From Lama glama (taxonomy: Eukaryota), in NCBI GenBank assembly GCA_028534125.1, contig CM052825.1, positions 2,418,001 through 2,482,000 of the forward strand: a stretch of 64,000 bases of DNA. Direction: 5' to 3'. Below are positions 25,079 to 37,410 of the stretch, piece by piece. A program made the position numbers and the translations under genes. How positions within the stretch are numbered: the stretch's first letter is position 1; every line of letters starts with the position of its first letter. Below the pieces are notes generated by a model. That model was not told where the DNA came from and did not search any database. It saw only the letters and a list, made by a program, of their open reading frames with translations.

Positions 25079-26300
25079 TCTCCCCCTACCCATCTCCCTC
25101 CTCCTCCTCTCCCTCCTCCTCCTCCCCCTCTCACAACTTTCATCTTCTCTATTATGAATTGGAGGGACAGAGGAAGCCTGGAGGTCACCAGCGATGCGAG
25201 AGCTCCCCGCTGGCTCCTCCTCCCCTGAGGACACGGCCAGGCCAGCACTTCTGGTGTTGAGGGAGCAGCCAGGGCTCTGAGGGTCCCCCTCAGGTCACCC
25301 AGAGCTGCAGGCTTTGCTTCTTGCTTTCTTTCTCAGAGTTGTTGCAGGCCTTTCTAAAGGAGGAGAAAGAGACAGATTTGCTAAAGATTTGATGTGACTT
25401 AAGTTAAATCCAGTATTGACATGAACTCCCTTGAGGAAGCACCCTCGTCCCCTGCCCTGCCCAGCACCCCGTCCCATGCCCGGGACCACTGGCACCACCA
25501 GGGCCTGCAGGTCCTCAGTCCAGACGGCTCAGGAGGAGAGAGCCCAGGACAGCTTGGCCAGCAGGTCCGGGAGAGGGGCCTTTGAAGGGAGGCAGGACTG
25601 GGGCTGCTCCTCAGGGAAAGAGGAGACCCTGGGGCCAGAGTGCGTGCTGCAGGAAAGGATGCTGATTAAGGCAGATCCTAGGGCCCCTCGAAGCCTGACA
25701 GTCAGTTGCTGCTCGATTACACCCCATGCGTCCTGATCAGAATCAATACTCTTCATGATAAACAATTTAACAATGACCCTCCATCTGTGGGCTTCCTCTA
25801 GTGAAATCAGTGGGGTGAGGAGAAGGGGCGATGGGCCGGTGACCCACACTCAGAAGCCAGGTCCTGTGCTGCTCCCCGCAGCCCAGTCCCCCGCCCTGCA
25901 GGCCCCCAGGCAGCCCCGTCCCACACACCTTTAAGGTCTCAGGCCCACGTTGACTTCCAGGGAGAGGGAACCAGCATTAAAGATGCACTGACCCCAAATC
26001 AGAAAGAAGGACTGAGTTGAGTCCAAAGGAACTTGGAGGTGCTCGGGGAGCCCAGGGGTCACTCAGAGATGCCTGGGAGTGACCACGTGCCGTTGGGGAG
26101 CGTGTGTCAGTTCACCCCCGTCTGTGTGTTTGTCTGTTTCTGCTCTGCGGATGGAACAAGCAGGGCCTCCAATCCGATCCAAGCTGGGCCCCGGCCAGAG
26201 TCTGCTGTCGGAGACCCTCCCATCCCCTGAAGCCAGGAATCGCCTCCAGATCAGCTAATCCACGCCGCCAGCCCTCGTGGGCGGCCGCAGCGCGCCCCGC

Positions 26301-26390
26301 TCAATCTCACCGGGGGCCTTCTGGGGACAGGCGGCCTCACACATGTCAATCTCACTGGGGGCCTTCTGGGGACAGGCGGCCTCACAAGTG
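26301..26390. repeat. Tandem duplication, 45-bp unit x2, just upstream of an SDK1 acceptor
   Basis: tcaatctcac(c/t)gggggccttctggggacaggcggcctcaca at 26301 and 26346. Confidence 0.95.
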
Positions 26391-26418
26391 TCCCTGAGCT
26401 GTCCTCTTTCGGTTGCAG

Positions 26419-26620
26419 AGCGGCCGGCACCCCCCAGGGAGCTCCTGGTGCCCCAGGCGGAAGTGACGGCCCGTAGCCTGCGGCTGCAGTGGGTCCCAGG
26501 CAGTGACGGGGCCTCCCCTATCCGGTACTTCACTGTGCAGCTGCGGGAGCTGCCCCGGGGAGAGTGGCAGACCTATTCCTCGTCCATCAGCCACGAAGCC
26601 ACGGCCTGTGTCGTCGAAAG
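26419..26620 (+). CDS. SDK1: SDK1 coding exon (FN3 ~9 first part: E-RPAPPRELLVPQAEV...TACVVE-R)
   Basis: ttgcag|AG CGG CCG ... GTC GAA AG|gtaggc. 202 bp = 2 nt + 66 codons + 2 nt. Peptide in ORF 26277..26624(+). Confidence 0.96.
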
Positions 26621-29600
26621 GTAGGCAGAGGGCCAGGAGGACCCTCCCGGCCTCCTCCAGCCGGCCCCTCCTCCCCCTCACCGAGTAAGGAATCTGTGTA
26701 GTGCAAAGAGACGCTGAGACCCCACGTCTCTTCTTCTAGTCACTGCCCCCCGTGCCGGGACCCAGAATTCCTGCCTTGTGGAGCCACTTCCCAGCCCCCG
26801 CAGGCCTCTTCCCCACCTGTCCTTCCGAGCATCCCCTCCCTGCACGGGTGGTTTGCCCACGCCAGGCCACAGGGGTGAACCGGCAGTGGGGGCTGTAAGC
26901 CTGGAAGCGTGGGCTGTGGCACCTTCGTCCCCAAGGGGCAGATGGAGGGGGGAGAGGCGTGGGGGAGGAGCGGCCCAGCCCACCGATGTCACTGTGTCAC
27001 CATGTCACCGGCCGGAGAGACGGCCTTTCTCTGAGCGGGGTCCCTACTCAGCAAGGCAGACAGCTGCCCCGCGGAGCTGTCAGCGCCAGGATGGCTGATG
27101 GGGGTAGTAGGGCATCCCCTGAACCAGCTGCTTAGAGCGCCACTGGGTGGGACGGAGGGGCCGCCAGGCTGCACCCCCCACGCCGTCTCCTCCAGGCCTC
27201 TTCTCGCCACCTGGCCGCTTTCCGGTGGAGGAGACCGGGGCTGAGAGGGGTTAGGTCGCCTGTCAGAAGCCTGCAGGTGGAACAGTGCAGACGGGCGGCC
27301 CAACGCAGCGACCCCAGGCCCTGCGTCCTCACAGCTGCCCAGTGGCAGCCCCAGCCTGTGAGGGGGGCCGCCCTGGCGTCCTCACTATACTCCCCCAACC
27401 CTGTTTTCGCCACCCTCCATTAGGCTCACGCTCCGGGGTGGGGGGAGCTGCCAGCAGTGAGTCCCCTGTCTGTGGGTTCTAGAGCCCTCGCCAGGAACTC
27501 GTCGGAGGCTGAGCCCGCGGTTTCCTAGGTGGGCCAGGGCGCCTCTCACCGCTCAGAGCAGGCACCTGCCGGCACCGCGCAGGGTCGTTTCACATCCTCC
27601 AGCTCACGAGTCCCCTCGACAGTCTGGAGGGAGGGTCGTCGTCCTCCCATCCTGCGGCTGAGAAGCAGGATGAGAAGTCAGTAACTTGCCTGCAGCCTGC
27701 CCAGCCGTCATTACCGTCACTGCTGTCACCGCCACCGTCCTCGCCATCTCCACGCTGCACAGCGCCCGTCGTCCCCAGGGCCGTGTCCCCATGTGGCCCC
27801 GCACAGTGGCTGCGGGGAGACAGCAACCAGCCTTCACAGTCCCCCGTCTTGCAGCTGAGGGAGCTGAGGCAACGACGTGGCCACACTCCCGCTGCGTCCC
27901 CACTTCTCCACAGGAGGAGAGGGTCCCTCAGAGCCTTGTGGTTCTCGCCTTCCCTGGGCCTGTAGCTCAGAGCTCCTTGGACACAAACTAGCACAACTGT
28001 GATGTGGTGGAAAAACGCGTTACCCTCCACACACCAGGCTCTCAGCAGTGTGGCCGCCCCTTGGTGGCCGTGGGGCCTGGAGGAGCCCCCTGGAAGCCTG
28101 GGTTTCTCTTTCCTGGAAGACGGGACAGGTGCGTGATCCCGTTCCTTTCAGGTCTGCGTGGAAGATCTTCCTCAGGTACTGACAGCCGCGAACTGGCAGC
28201 CGAGTAATAAGGCGATCCAAGAGTCAGACCCCGCCAGCACCCCGCTTACCCTTTGAATGACAGCCATAGAACCCACGGGACACAGCCGCCACCCTGCCGA
28301 CGCCACCCCCTGGGGCCCGCGATTGTCCTGGCGCCGCCCAAGGGTCCGGGGAGCGCAGCCGGGCAGGCCCTGCTTGCTTAGCAAACCACGGTCTGCTGCG
28401 CTGGCGCTCAGCTTAGTTCGCATGTGCCCGTGGATAGAAATGACTTCTTTTTCACCTCTTTGTGTAACCAGCTGAAAGAAAGAAAGAAAATCCAGCTGCC
28501 ATTCCTGTGCTGGGGCCTCCTGAAAGCACGCAGACCGACTGCGCTCGGGACTTCATGATGGAAAGGAGGGTCCATGCCTCAGGACAGACAGTCTAATCTG
28601 ATAGGAGGGACTTAATTTCCAGGACCAGGGCACAAGCTTCCTGCCCATCTACAGGGGACGCGTCACAGGCAGAATTCCGGGAAAGCGGTGTTTTATTCGC
28701 TGCCAGCACACAGCCTCCCTCCCTGCTCAACAGTCCTAACAGCTGCAGTCTCCTTTTTTCGAACATTCTTTTGACATTTTGCTTTCGCCGGTTGCATGAA
28801 GTCTGCCAGTGGCCAAAAACATAGACGTTGAAACAAAAGTTTAACCATCTAAATCTAGTGGTGCGTGTGGACCCAGCGCGGGGGGAGGGGTCGGGCTTGA
28901 GGGGCGTGTCTCGGCATCGTCGGCTTCTGGCTGGTGGGTGCATGCCAGAGAGGTGCCGTTCAGTTTTAGAAGGCAGGGGCTCAGAGCAAAGAGCCACGTG
29001 TGTATTCTGGGCGTGACTTCGGATAGAACGGCGCTGGCGTGAGCTCAGGTGATGGTTGGTACCCAGCAATTGTGGGCCCTGCTGTGCCTCTGAAATTCCC
29101 TCTGTGGCAGGTGCTAAGGGCCCAAAAACAGGGGCCCAAAGGGAGTCACCAGGTGAAAGAGTAGGGATTCTGTTGGAGTCAACATGTGCTTACCTCCACT
29201 GGATTATTTCTCTTAAACTTTCTTCTGTGTCTTTAAAAATAAAGCCACACTAAAGATAGGGTAAATTTGGCCATAGATATTATGCATGTGATGCAGATAA
29301 TGAGTTCTCAATAAATATTTTCAGTGTCTTAAAGATACATCAATACGTAGAAGCAGCAGTGGGTGGCTTCTACAATGTTCAGGGCTCGTATATTTGATTA
29401 TTATAACCAAAATGGACGAAGGGCTCTGTGGAGCTCCTTCCATTTATAACCCTGTGGGAGGAACGTTGAACCACAAGCCATGTCCTGCCCACACCCCCAC
29501 CTCACAGCACAGTGGCTGCGGAGGTGACAGGTGCGGCCGTGACATCAGGGGAAGCGTCCGAGGCAGCAGAGCACAGAGTTGCCTGCTTAATGCGTGTGGC

Positions 29601-29928
29601 GGTGAGGGCTTTGCTTAGACCGGCAGGACCTGAGGGCCAGGGGAGGGAGCGTCTAGCGTGACCTCGGCTCTTCTGGTCTGGGAAACGGAGAGGATGGCTG
29701 AGCCGGTGCCTGAGACACAGCCACTGCAGGAGGGAAGAGACAGCATGCAGTTTCCTTGCCTGCTCCACTTGCAGTGAAACATATGGGCGGCCCCAAGCAG
29801 CTGGCCAGCTCAGGGCTGAACAGGGTGCGTGAGAGACGGTGCCACTGGTGAAGATCTGGGCGTTGTCCACACGGAAGAGTTTGTCTGAAGTCTTAGTCAT
29901 CAGCGTGGCACACGAGACCCAATAAATA

Positions 29929-30068
29929 NNNNNNNNNNNNNNNNNNNNNNNNNNNNNNNNNNNNNNNNNNNNNNNNNNNNNNNNNNNNNNNNNNNNNNNN
30001 NNNNNNNNNNNNNNNNNNNNNNNNNNNNNNNNNNNNNNNNNNNNNNNNNNNNNNNNNNNNNNNNNNNN
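29929..30068. other. Assembly gap, 140 N (sized gap)
   Basis: Run of N. Confidence 0.99.
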
Positions 30069-30287
30069 CAGGCAGGCAGGCTGGCTGAAGGCGTGGCACA
30101 AGAAGTGCCAGGATCGGGGGGTACTGTTAGTGTCCCTAAATTCTCATCAGTGGGCTGAGGGGGGACATTTTTTCACACAGACAACCAACATTGCTTGGTC
30201 TTATTTAATGTGGCAGGCAAAGGTTGCATCAAGGCAGTACCCCTGTTCCAGTCCCCACCCAGCCACTGACCAGTCCTTTGGCAGAGG

Positions 30288-30410
30288 CCGGGCCTCTGTC
30301 TCTCCATCCATGAAATGGGAATAATAATGGCTCGACCCCACAAGGCTATTGTGTGGGTGAAATGGGGTCGTGCTTGCCAAGCACTTGGCACCACATCTGG
30401 CTCAGTGAGC
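30288..30410 (+). mobile_element. MIR fragment
   Basis: ggcctctgtctctccatccatgaaatgggaataataat...aagcacttggcaccacatctggctcagtgag. Confidence 0.75.
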
Positions 30411-30891
30411 AGGGGCAGGGGTGGACCTTGGAGCCAGGCCCCCAGCCCGCACCCTCCTCCACGAAGAAGTGCTTGGGGGTTAACGGAGAGGTGAGCTAGG
30501 TAGGTGCTCACCGCGCCCCGGATCCCCACAAGGGCTGGTGTGATTAGCTCCTCCTGAGAAATCCTCCGAGCTCCTCGGAGAGCAGTGACTTGCTGCGCAC
30601 ACGTGTCTTCAATTACAGGAGGTGCTGGTTCCTTTCCCGGGAGCCCGCAGCAGAGTCTCCTTCCCCCGGCCTGGAAGTTCTGCTCTCCCCTCCCCCCCCC
30701 AGGGGCTCCTGTCTCCCGAGACTGGCCAGGAAGCTGGGGCCCGGCTCACTGCAGGGCGGGGAGTGATTCAGCCCCCAGCCCAGGATTTCCTGCCCCTCGC
30801 TGCCTCCGGGGCTCAGGGTGAGTTGCTCTCACCCAGGCCCCTGGGCCGGGCAGGGGACTCTCCTCAGTCACTCCTCTCTTCCCTGTTTCAG

Positions 30892-30995
30892 GCTGAGGCC
30901 CTTCACCTCCTACAAGCTGCGCCTGAAGGCCACCAATGACATTGGGGACAGTGACTTCAGTGTGGAGACAGAGGCTGTGACCACACTGCAGGACG
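30892..30995 (+). CDS. SDK1: SDK1 coding exon (FN3 ~9: LRPFTSYKLRLKATNDIGDSDFSVETEAVTTLQD)
   Basis: tttcag|G CTG AGG ... CAG GAC G|gtgag. 104 bp = 1 nt + 34 codons + 1 nt. Confidence 0.96.
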
Positions 30996-32426
30996 GTGAG
31001 CAGCGGGGCCCCAGCCGGCAGATGGGTGCAGCCCCCTTCCCGCTGCTGCCTTTGTGCCCCCAAACATTGGCTCCGAGAGCCAGGCCCCACTCCCGTCTTG
31101 AGCCAGGAAAGCGTCACTCAAGGGAGCAGGGTTGGGGGTGGCCGTGGGCTGTGGAGGTCAGGTGGCGACACACGTCTCAGGGCACTCCTGCACGGCCACG
31201 GCCACACACCAGGACTTCCAGGAGATTTCTTGGATTGGCTTCCAAACCCCTACGATCCATTAGCATCCCAGAAGGTGAACGATTAATAAGGTCATTAAAA
31301 AGAAATGTCCTGGGGTAGCTGGGTTCTAAGAGGTTTTTCCCATTTTTCTCATCCACGAGCCATCCCCATTTGCTGAGTGACAGAAGCCCAGTGAAGTGTG
31401 GAGGTGAGACCCGCTAAGAGCAGCAGGTGGCTTGTCACCCGCTCTGTCCTGCTTAGAGGAATTGGGCCTGTGGACCCACTGTGAGTTTGTGTGAGGGCCT
31501 GGCCGGAGGGGCCTGGGAGACAGCGTCCCCCAGTGCATCCAGCAGACGGGACAGGCAGGTGCTCGGAATGGACATGGCTGCTACCGCGGGGCAGATGCTG
31601 CGGCCCTGGTCCCCGACTCCAAGCCCGCACCCTCAGCTGGCCTGCCAGTGCTTTACAATAACCCCAGAACACCCCCAGGCACTTTCCCCAGTTACCGCCG
31701 CAGTGGAAGCATTTTCAAACCAGCCCATCTCTGCTGGCTCCCCCCCTCCGGACCTTCCATCTTCGGCTCTGCTCTTTCTATAACCTGGGAGGGTAACTAC
31801 TCCAATTTGAGGCCTCGGGTGACCCGAAGGACCGGCTAAGGGGTTCTGGGGACCCTTATTTGCTGCAGAGCAGAACCACCACCGAGACCCAGACCAGGGC
31901 AGATGTCCCTCCAGCCACCGAAAGTCCGCCTCCTTTCCTGACAGTCACATCAGTGCTGAAATCCAAGAGCGTGGTGGCCTGGCTTGATCATTTGTCCTGT
32001 TCAGGAGTCGCTCTGAGTACCCCCAAAATGATGTTCCTCATCCTCTGGGGGGCAGGGGGTGGCCCCGGAGGAGACTGGGACCTGCAGGAGCTCTCTGGGC
32101 ACCTCCGCTGGCAAGAGCGGCTCCCCGTGGAGAGACCCAGACACGCTGTTGTCTCGTGGGGTCTGTCGGGGAGGATAAGGTCGGGGACATGATGTGGTCG
32201 CCCTCCTAGGATTGAGTCCCTTCTCTGCTGGTCACTGGCTGGCCGGTGGGAGAAGGGCGTCCCCAGGGGAGACAGAGGGGCCTGAGGCTGGCTTGTCAGC
32301 TCCCCAGGCTCTGGGGCACTGGGCCTGGGCCTCCTCACTGGGACCCTGAGAGAGCTGGCTCGGCCGGCCGGCCGTCCAGCGCAGCAGGACCGTCTAGGCC
32401 TCGCTTTCTTCTTCCTTGGGTTTCAG

Positions 32427-32497
32427 TTCCGGGAGAGCCTCCAAGTTTTGTCTCCGTGACCCCACATACCACCTCGTCTGTGCTGATCCAGTGGCAG
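32427..32497 (+). CDS. SDK1: SDK1 coding exon (FN3 ~10 start: V-PGEPPSFVSVTPHTTSSVLIQWQ)
   Basis: tttcag|TT CCG GGA ... TGG CAG|gtaagg. 71 bp = 2 nt + 23 codons. Confidence 0.95.
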
Positions 32498-35400
32498 GTA
32501 AGGCCTGGGACTCCCACCAGCTTTTGTAAAACCCCAACTTTGCACCAGCGTGGTCGGCTGGCACCTGCTGGGCCCCGTGTCGGGGGTGAGAGGGGACAGA
32601 GGGGACACCCTGGGCGGGTTGGCACACCGTGCAGGGAGGTGGTGTCCAGTGTAACATCCACGACGGGACGAGCATGACCTTCGTGACAACCAGAATTAGG
32701 AGGGACCTGCAGGTGGGCAAGGAGGGCGCCCAGAGCACCAGAGGGGCTGCCCGTGCCAGGCCAGGGGACGGCGCACACAGGGCAAGGCTCCCAGGGCAAG
32801 ACTGGCTCACGTCCTACAGGACTGTCATTTCTACAGAAATTATTTGCAACCAGACAAAATATCAACAGAATCACATGTGTCTTCTGTCAATTCCAAGTCT
32901 TCAGTCCAACCAAGGCACCATGTCCTAAATAATCAAGCACCCGCGGGCCGACGGCAGTGCTCTGACGGCGCGAAGGGACACGCAGCCCTCTCTTGGCCTT
33001 ATTTCCAGTTCCAGGTCACCAAGGAAGGCTGCCCAGTCAAGGGGCGCTGCTGGGACCTGGGGGAGGGCGTCCGGCCGGCCTGCAGGCTGGTTGCAGCAGC
33101 CGGGTGGAGCTGCGCCAGGCCAGCACACAGACTGATGGGCGGGGGCCCAGGGCAGTGATGAGAGCCCGATCCCAACTTCGGGCCAACAGGGACGTTCCTA
33201 AGTCCAGGATGGGGCTGCTCTCAGGGGCGGGGGCAGTGCCTACAGCCAGCAGGCCATGGGGAGGGCGGGCGCTGTGGTCCGGGTTCAGAGCCACGGCGAG
33301 CTGAAGGCTGCCTCGGAGTGGTCACTGCAGGCTGGGGCTCCTGAGAGTGGTCTGTGTGGGCATGAGAGTCTCCTCCAGGGTCGTGGTGTCATCCAGACAA
33401 CATTAGTGTCACGTCCAGAATCAGAGGAGGAAGGAGGCGGTTTTGGAGGTCCCAGGAGGAGCAGGAAACCGAGGGTGAATGGTGGCCTGGATGTGGCTGT
33501 GGAGAGGGGAGAGGGCCTGTCTCGGCCAGTGGCTGGGCTGGCACAGGGAGAGAGGGAGGCACGTAAAGGGGCAGGGACGCCAGGAAACCCGGAGGAGGCT
33601 CTCGGGAACTTGTCCCCAGTGGAACACTCCTCAGGGCCCAGGAGGGGACGGTCCTGGTGTGGCAGTGCCTTAGCCCTGCAGGCCCGGGAGGCAGAGTGTG
33701 CTGGATGCCCCGCGCTGGGGCCTGGCCGAGGGGTGGCTTGAAGGTAACCGGGAAGGACGCTGGAGCCTGGAGACAGGGCTGAGAGCTGGAAAAAGCAACG
33801 TGCCCCCTAAACGGTTGGGCGGCGACCACAGACTCACGCACGTTCCTGCTGCCCCGCTTCCCCTGCAAGTTGGTGGCATGGGGAAGCGCGAGGTGGAGTC
33901 ATTTGGAATCCGACAGGTTTGAGGTGTGAAAGTGGCAACGCCACGTGGGCGACCTAGCATGACCCGCCACGCATCCGAGCATGGGGCACGGGGTCTGGGT
34001 GGACGGGGCTTCAGTTCAGAGGGCGGAGTCTCCTTTGAGAGGTGACCGAGTCATCCTGGGCCGCTCACCTCTTCTCGACGCTAAGGGACAGCTTCTCAGA
34101 GGTGATGGGAACCTTTGAAGGTGATCAAAAGACATTTCCAAATGTCTTCCTGGTGAACTGGGAATTCACCACAGTGATATTTTGCAATTTCTGGCCTCAC
34201 TGGAGCGCTCAGGACTGGACGGGAACCCAGGACGCATCAGCCGGGGCCCCCACCCACTGCCTCGGGGAGCCGCAGCCCCAGCGCCTCTCGGCCCCAGGAG
34301 CGCCAGGGGCAGGCCCTGGTCTGCAGACCCCAGCGTGCCGTGGTGTGACTCTGACCCCCGGAGGCCTCTCTGGCCCCTGGCTCGTCCTCTGTGAAAACAG
34401 GAGGTTGACGGTGACCCCTGAGGTCGCTGCGAGATCGCTGATCCGAGGCCCGTTAGGCCTCTGCACCCCAGGCTTCCATCAGGGCCTCTGGTGGGAGGTG
34501 GGAATCATCCACAGGGGAAGTTCGAGGTCTCAGGCACTTCCATTTCCCATCTTCCGCTGGCACGGTCCACGGGAAGCAGGCGGGTCCTTGGGATGGCGCT
34601 GGAGTCAGCAGACCCGTGTCTCAGCTGTGGGCGTGGGTCTGGCTGCCTGGGCGCGAGGTGAGCGCCTTCCCTGTGCAGGCGGCGCTCAGGGCTTACACGT
34701 AGACTCCTCCAGCTTTTCCACCCACTGTGGGAGTGAAATCACTTTCTGCTGCGATGCTGTGGCAGCCGTTTGAAGGGTGCCCGCCAGGATAAAGGTTTTG
34801 TCTCAGCTGTAGCTGTAGCTGTCGCTGTAAACCAGGACTGGAGCTGAGGTGGCAGCCTGTCCTCGTGAGCAGACGCGGCTGCGAGCGCATTGTGCCCCCC
34901 CCCCACACACACACACGAGTTCTGTCTCCATCTGGGCCAGCAGCTCCCGCCCTGCCTCTCCCTCCAGTCAGCAGTAAGTGCTGAGCGACGTCTACCTTTA
35001 CCACGTGGAAGCAACTGTCAGACAGGGGAGGGCAGTTCAGGAGAAAAGCCCTGAACGCCCGTCTGAAAACAGTTCCGTGAACTCTGAAGAGGCGGGTCTG
35101 AAAACAGACCATGTCATCAACACCCCAGTGGAAGCGAAGGCCCTGACACGCTGCCGCCGTGGAGGCCGGGCACCGTCGGGGACCGGGGCCCAGAGGCCGG
35201 CGGGCTGGGGAGGAAGTGACCGGACGGCCCGCCCAGGACACCGGGCAGTGGACCCTCACAGGGACTGCCCAGCATCTCCAACACTCAGGCTTTGTGCATC
35301 AGAAAAGGGCAAAATGGAATAAAATGGAAACCACACGGAACAGAGCCTCCTGCCTCCCCAGCACCCCCGCCCCAGCCGGGCCTCCCGGCTTCACACGTGT

Positions 35401-35714
35401 TCTCCCCTCCCTTCCTGAAGCCACTCAGCCCCCGAGTTCCCAGCTCACTGGTCAGTCTGGGGACCTGTTGGGCAGGAGGGCAGTGGGCTCTGCTGGAGAA
35501 AGTGGTCACAGTCATGGTTCAGCCTCAGGGGCCTGGACGAACGTGCCAGGTCCCGGGGCCCCGCGTGCTCTGCCGGTCACCTGCCCGCACCCACCCCCAT
35601 CCCGGTCGCGCCCGGGGCCCACCTTCCCTTTTGTGTCAGCAGCTCTGCGACAGTGCAGCGACCTGTGGGTGGCAGGTGGCAGGCACTCAGGAAACAGGGA
35701 GGGAGCATGGTTGA

Positions 35715-36169
35715 CGGTCATACCTCAGAAACGCTGGGGTCCAGTTCCAGCCTGCAGCAAGGAGAACCTGGCAGGAAAGCGAGCCACATGGCTTTTCTGA
35801 TTTCTCAGTGAATTAAAGTTATGTTTACACGTTACTGTGGTCTATTAAGGTGCAGTGGCGTGTCCCAAGAAACAATGTATCCACTTTAATGAAAAATCCT
35901 TTATCGCTAGACAATGCTAGCCACAACCTGAGCCTTCAGAGTCACAGTAGTGACATCACAGGTCACAGATCACAGATCACAGATCACCACAACAAATACA
36001 ATACGGAGAAGCTTTAAAGGTGCGAATCACCAAAACGTGACAGAGACACAACGTGAGCAAATGCTGGGGAAGAACGGTGCTGACAGGCTTGCTGGAGGCA
36101 GGGCTGCCACAGACCTTCAGTTTGTGGAAACGCAGCATCTGGGAAGCGCAGTAAAGTGAGGCATGCCCG
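35715..36169 (-). mobile_element. Internally deleted Tigger1 MITE with both ends (Tigger1a_Art-like)
   Basis: Degenerate terminal inverted repeats cggtcatacctc / gaggcatgcccg. Tigger1 motifs aaagttatgtttacac, ctgagccttcag, cacagatcacca, accaaaacgtgacagagacac, gggctgccacagaccttcagtttgt. Confidence 0.85.
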
Positions 36170-37122
36170 TGCCCAGTTAATGTGCCAGACTGATGGTGAT
36201 TTTTGAGATTCAGGTTTAACTGGATGCCCTGAGTCCAGAAGGAGCCCCTGGGTTCTGCAAAGGTGGCTGGAGCCAAAATGGAAAGGACTAGAGGCAGTGC
36301 CACCCCCTGGGGTTGTCTGTGCTGCGGTGGCAGCTAAGAAAGCCTGGGGTAGGGGGCAAAGAACCGCTTGTCCCAGGTAACAGTCCTGCCCCCAGACACA
36401 GCTCTCCCTGCACCCGCGGGAGGGTCTGCAGCCGAGGCATCCCAGTGCCCGGGAGCGTGGGGAGCTGGCCCCGGTGGGCAGAGGCTGGCCGGGCACCTGT
36501 GACATGCTGTGGGGGCCATCAGCGACTCAGACCTGGCCGTCCTGGGTGGCTCTCTGCCCCTGCACTCACACGCTGGGGTCTGATGCCCCTGGCCAAGAGG
36601 AATGCCCTCTGATGTGGATTTGCTGGGCTCCTGTGACAAGAGGGACACATGTGGACATGGCCAGTCTGCTCCAGTTCTCCAGGCGCACTTGTCTGTGTCC
36701 CGTGGGGAAATGACGTGCACCCCATGCTTCTCGTGGCAGGGGCAGGGGGGCATCACACGGGCCTCGGGAAGTGTCCTGGGAGGTCAGGGGCCGCGGCAGC
36801 CCCTCACTGCTGTGCCCCGGACGCGGCACGCGTGCGGGCAGCTCGCATTGTTGGAAACACCGTGAACACGGCACGGGCGCTGCCCCGGGACGCGTGAGGG
36901 CGCACGGCCCGCGGCAGCGCTCCCGCCTCCTGGCTGATGGGCTCTTCTGTTGGAGAGTTTGGAGAGCAAGGGGTCCTGCAGTGTCCACATCTGTTTGCTT
37001 CCTGACTTTCTGGGTTGTGCGTAGCAAGAGTTCAAAGAGAACGGACCTCTCTGAACAGCCACACCCACGTGTGCCTGAGTCCTGGTGCTGAGAACTGAAG
37101 GGAGAGAGCTGGGATGGCAGAG

Positions 37123-37410
37123 TGAGTCAGCGTCCTGGACCGTCCGGCGGTGACAGGTCACCACAAACTGGGCCGCTTAGAACCACAGGTTTATTCTCTC
37201 TCAGCTCTGAAGGCAGGAAGTCCAAGATCAAGGCGCCGGCTGACTCTGAAGACACAGGGAAGGACCCTCCCTGCCTTTCCCCAGCTTCTGGCGGCCGCGG
37301 TGCTCCTTGGCACTCCTTGACTCGTTGACCCGTCCCTCCAGCCTCTGCCGCTCCTTCATGTGGCCTTCTCCCCGTGTGCCCCTGTGTCCAGACTTCCCTC
37401 ATCTTGTAAG
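37123..37410 (-). mobile_element. MLT1C-like LTR, left part (interrupted)
   Basis: accacaaactgggccgcttagaacc, tttattctctctcagctctgaaggcaggaagtccaagatcaagg ... catcttgtaag. Confidence 0.85.
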
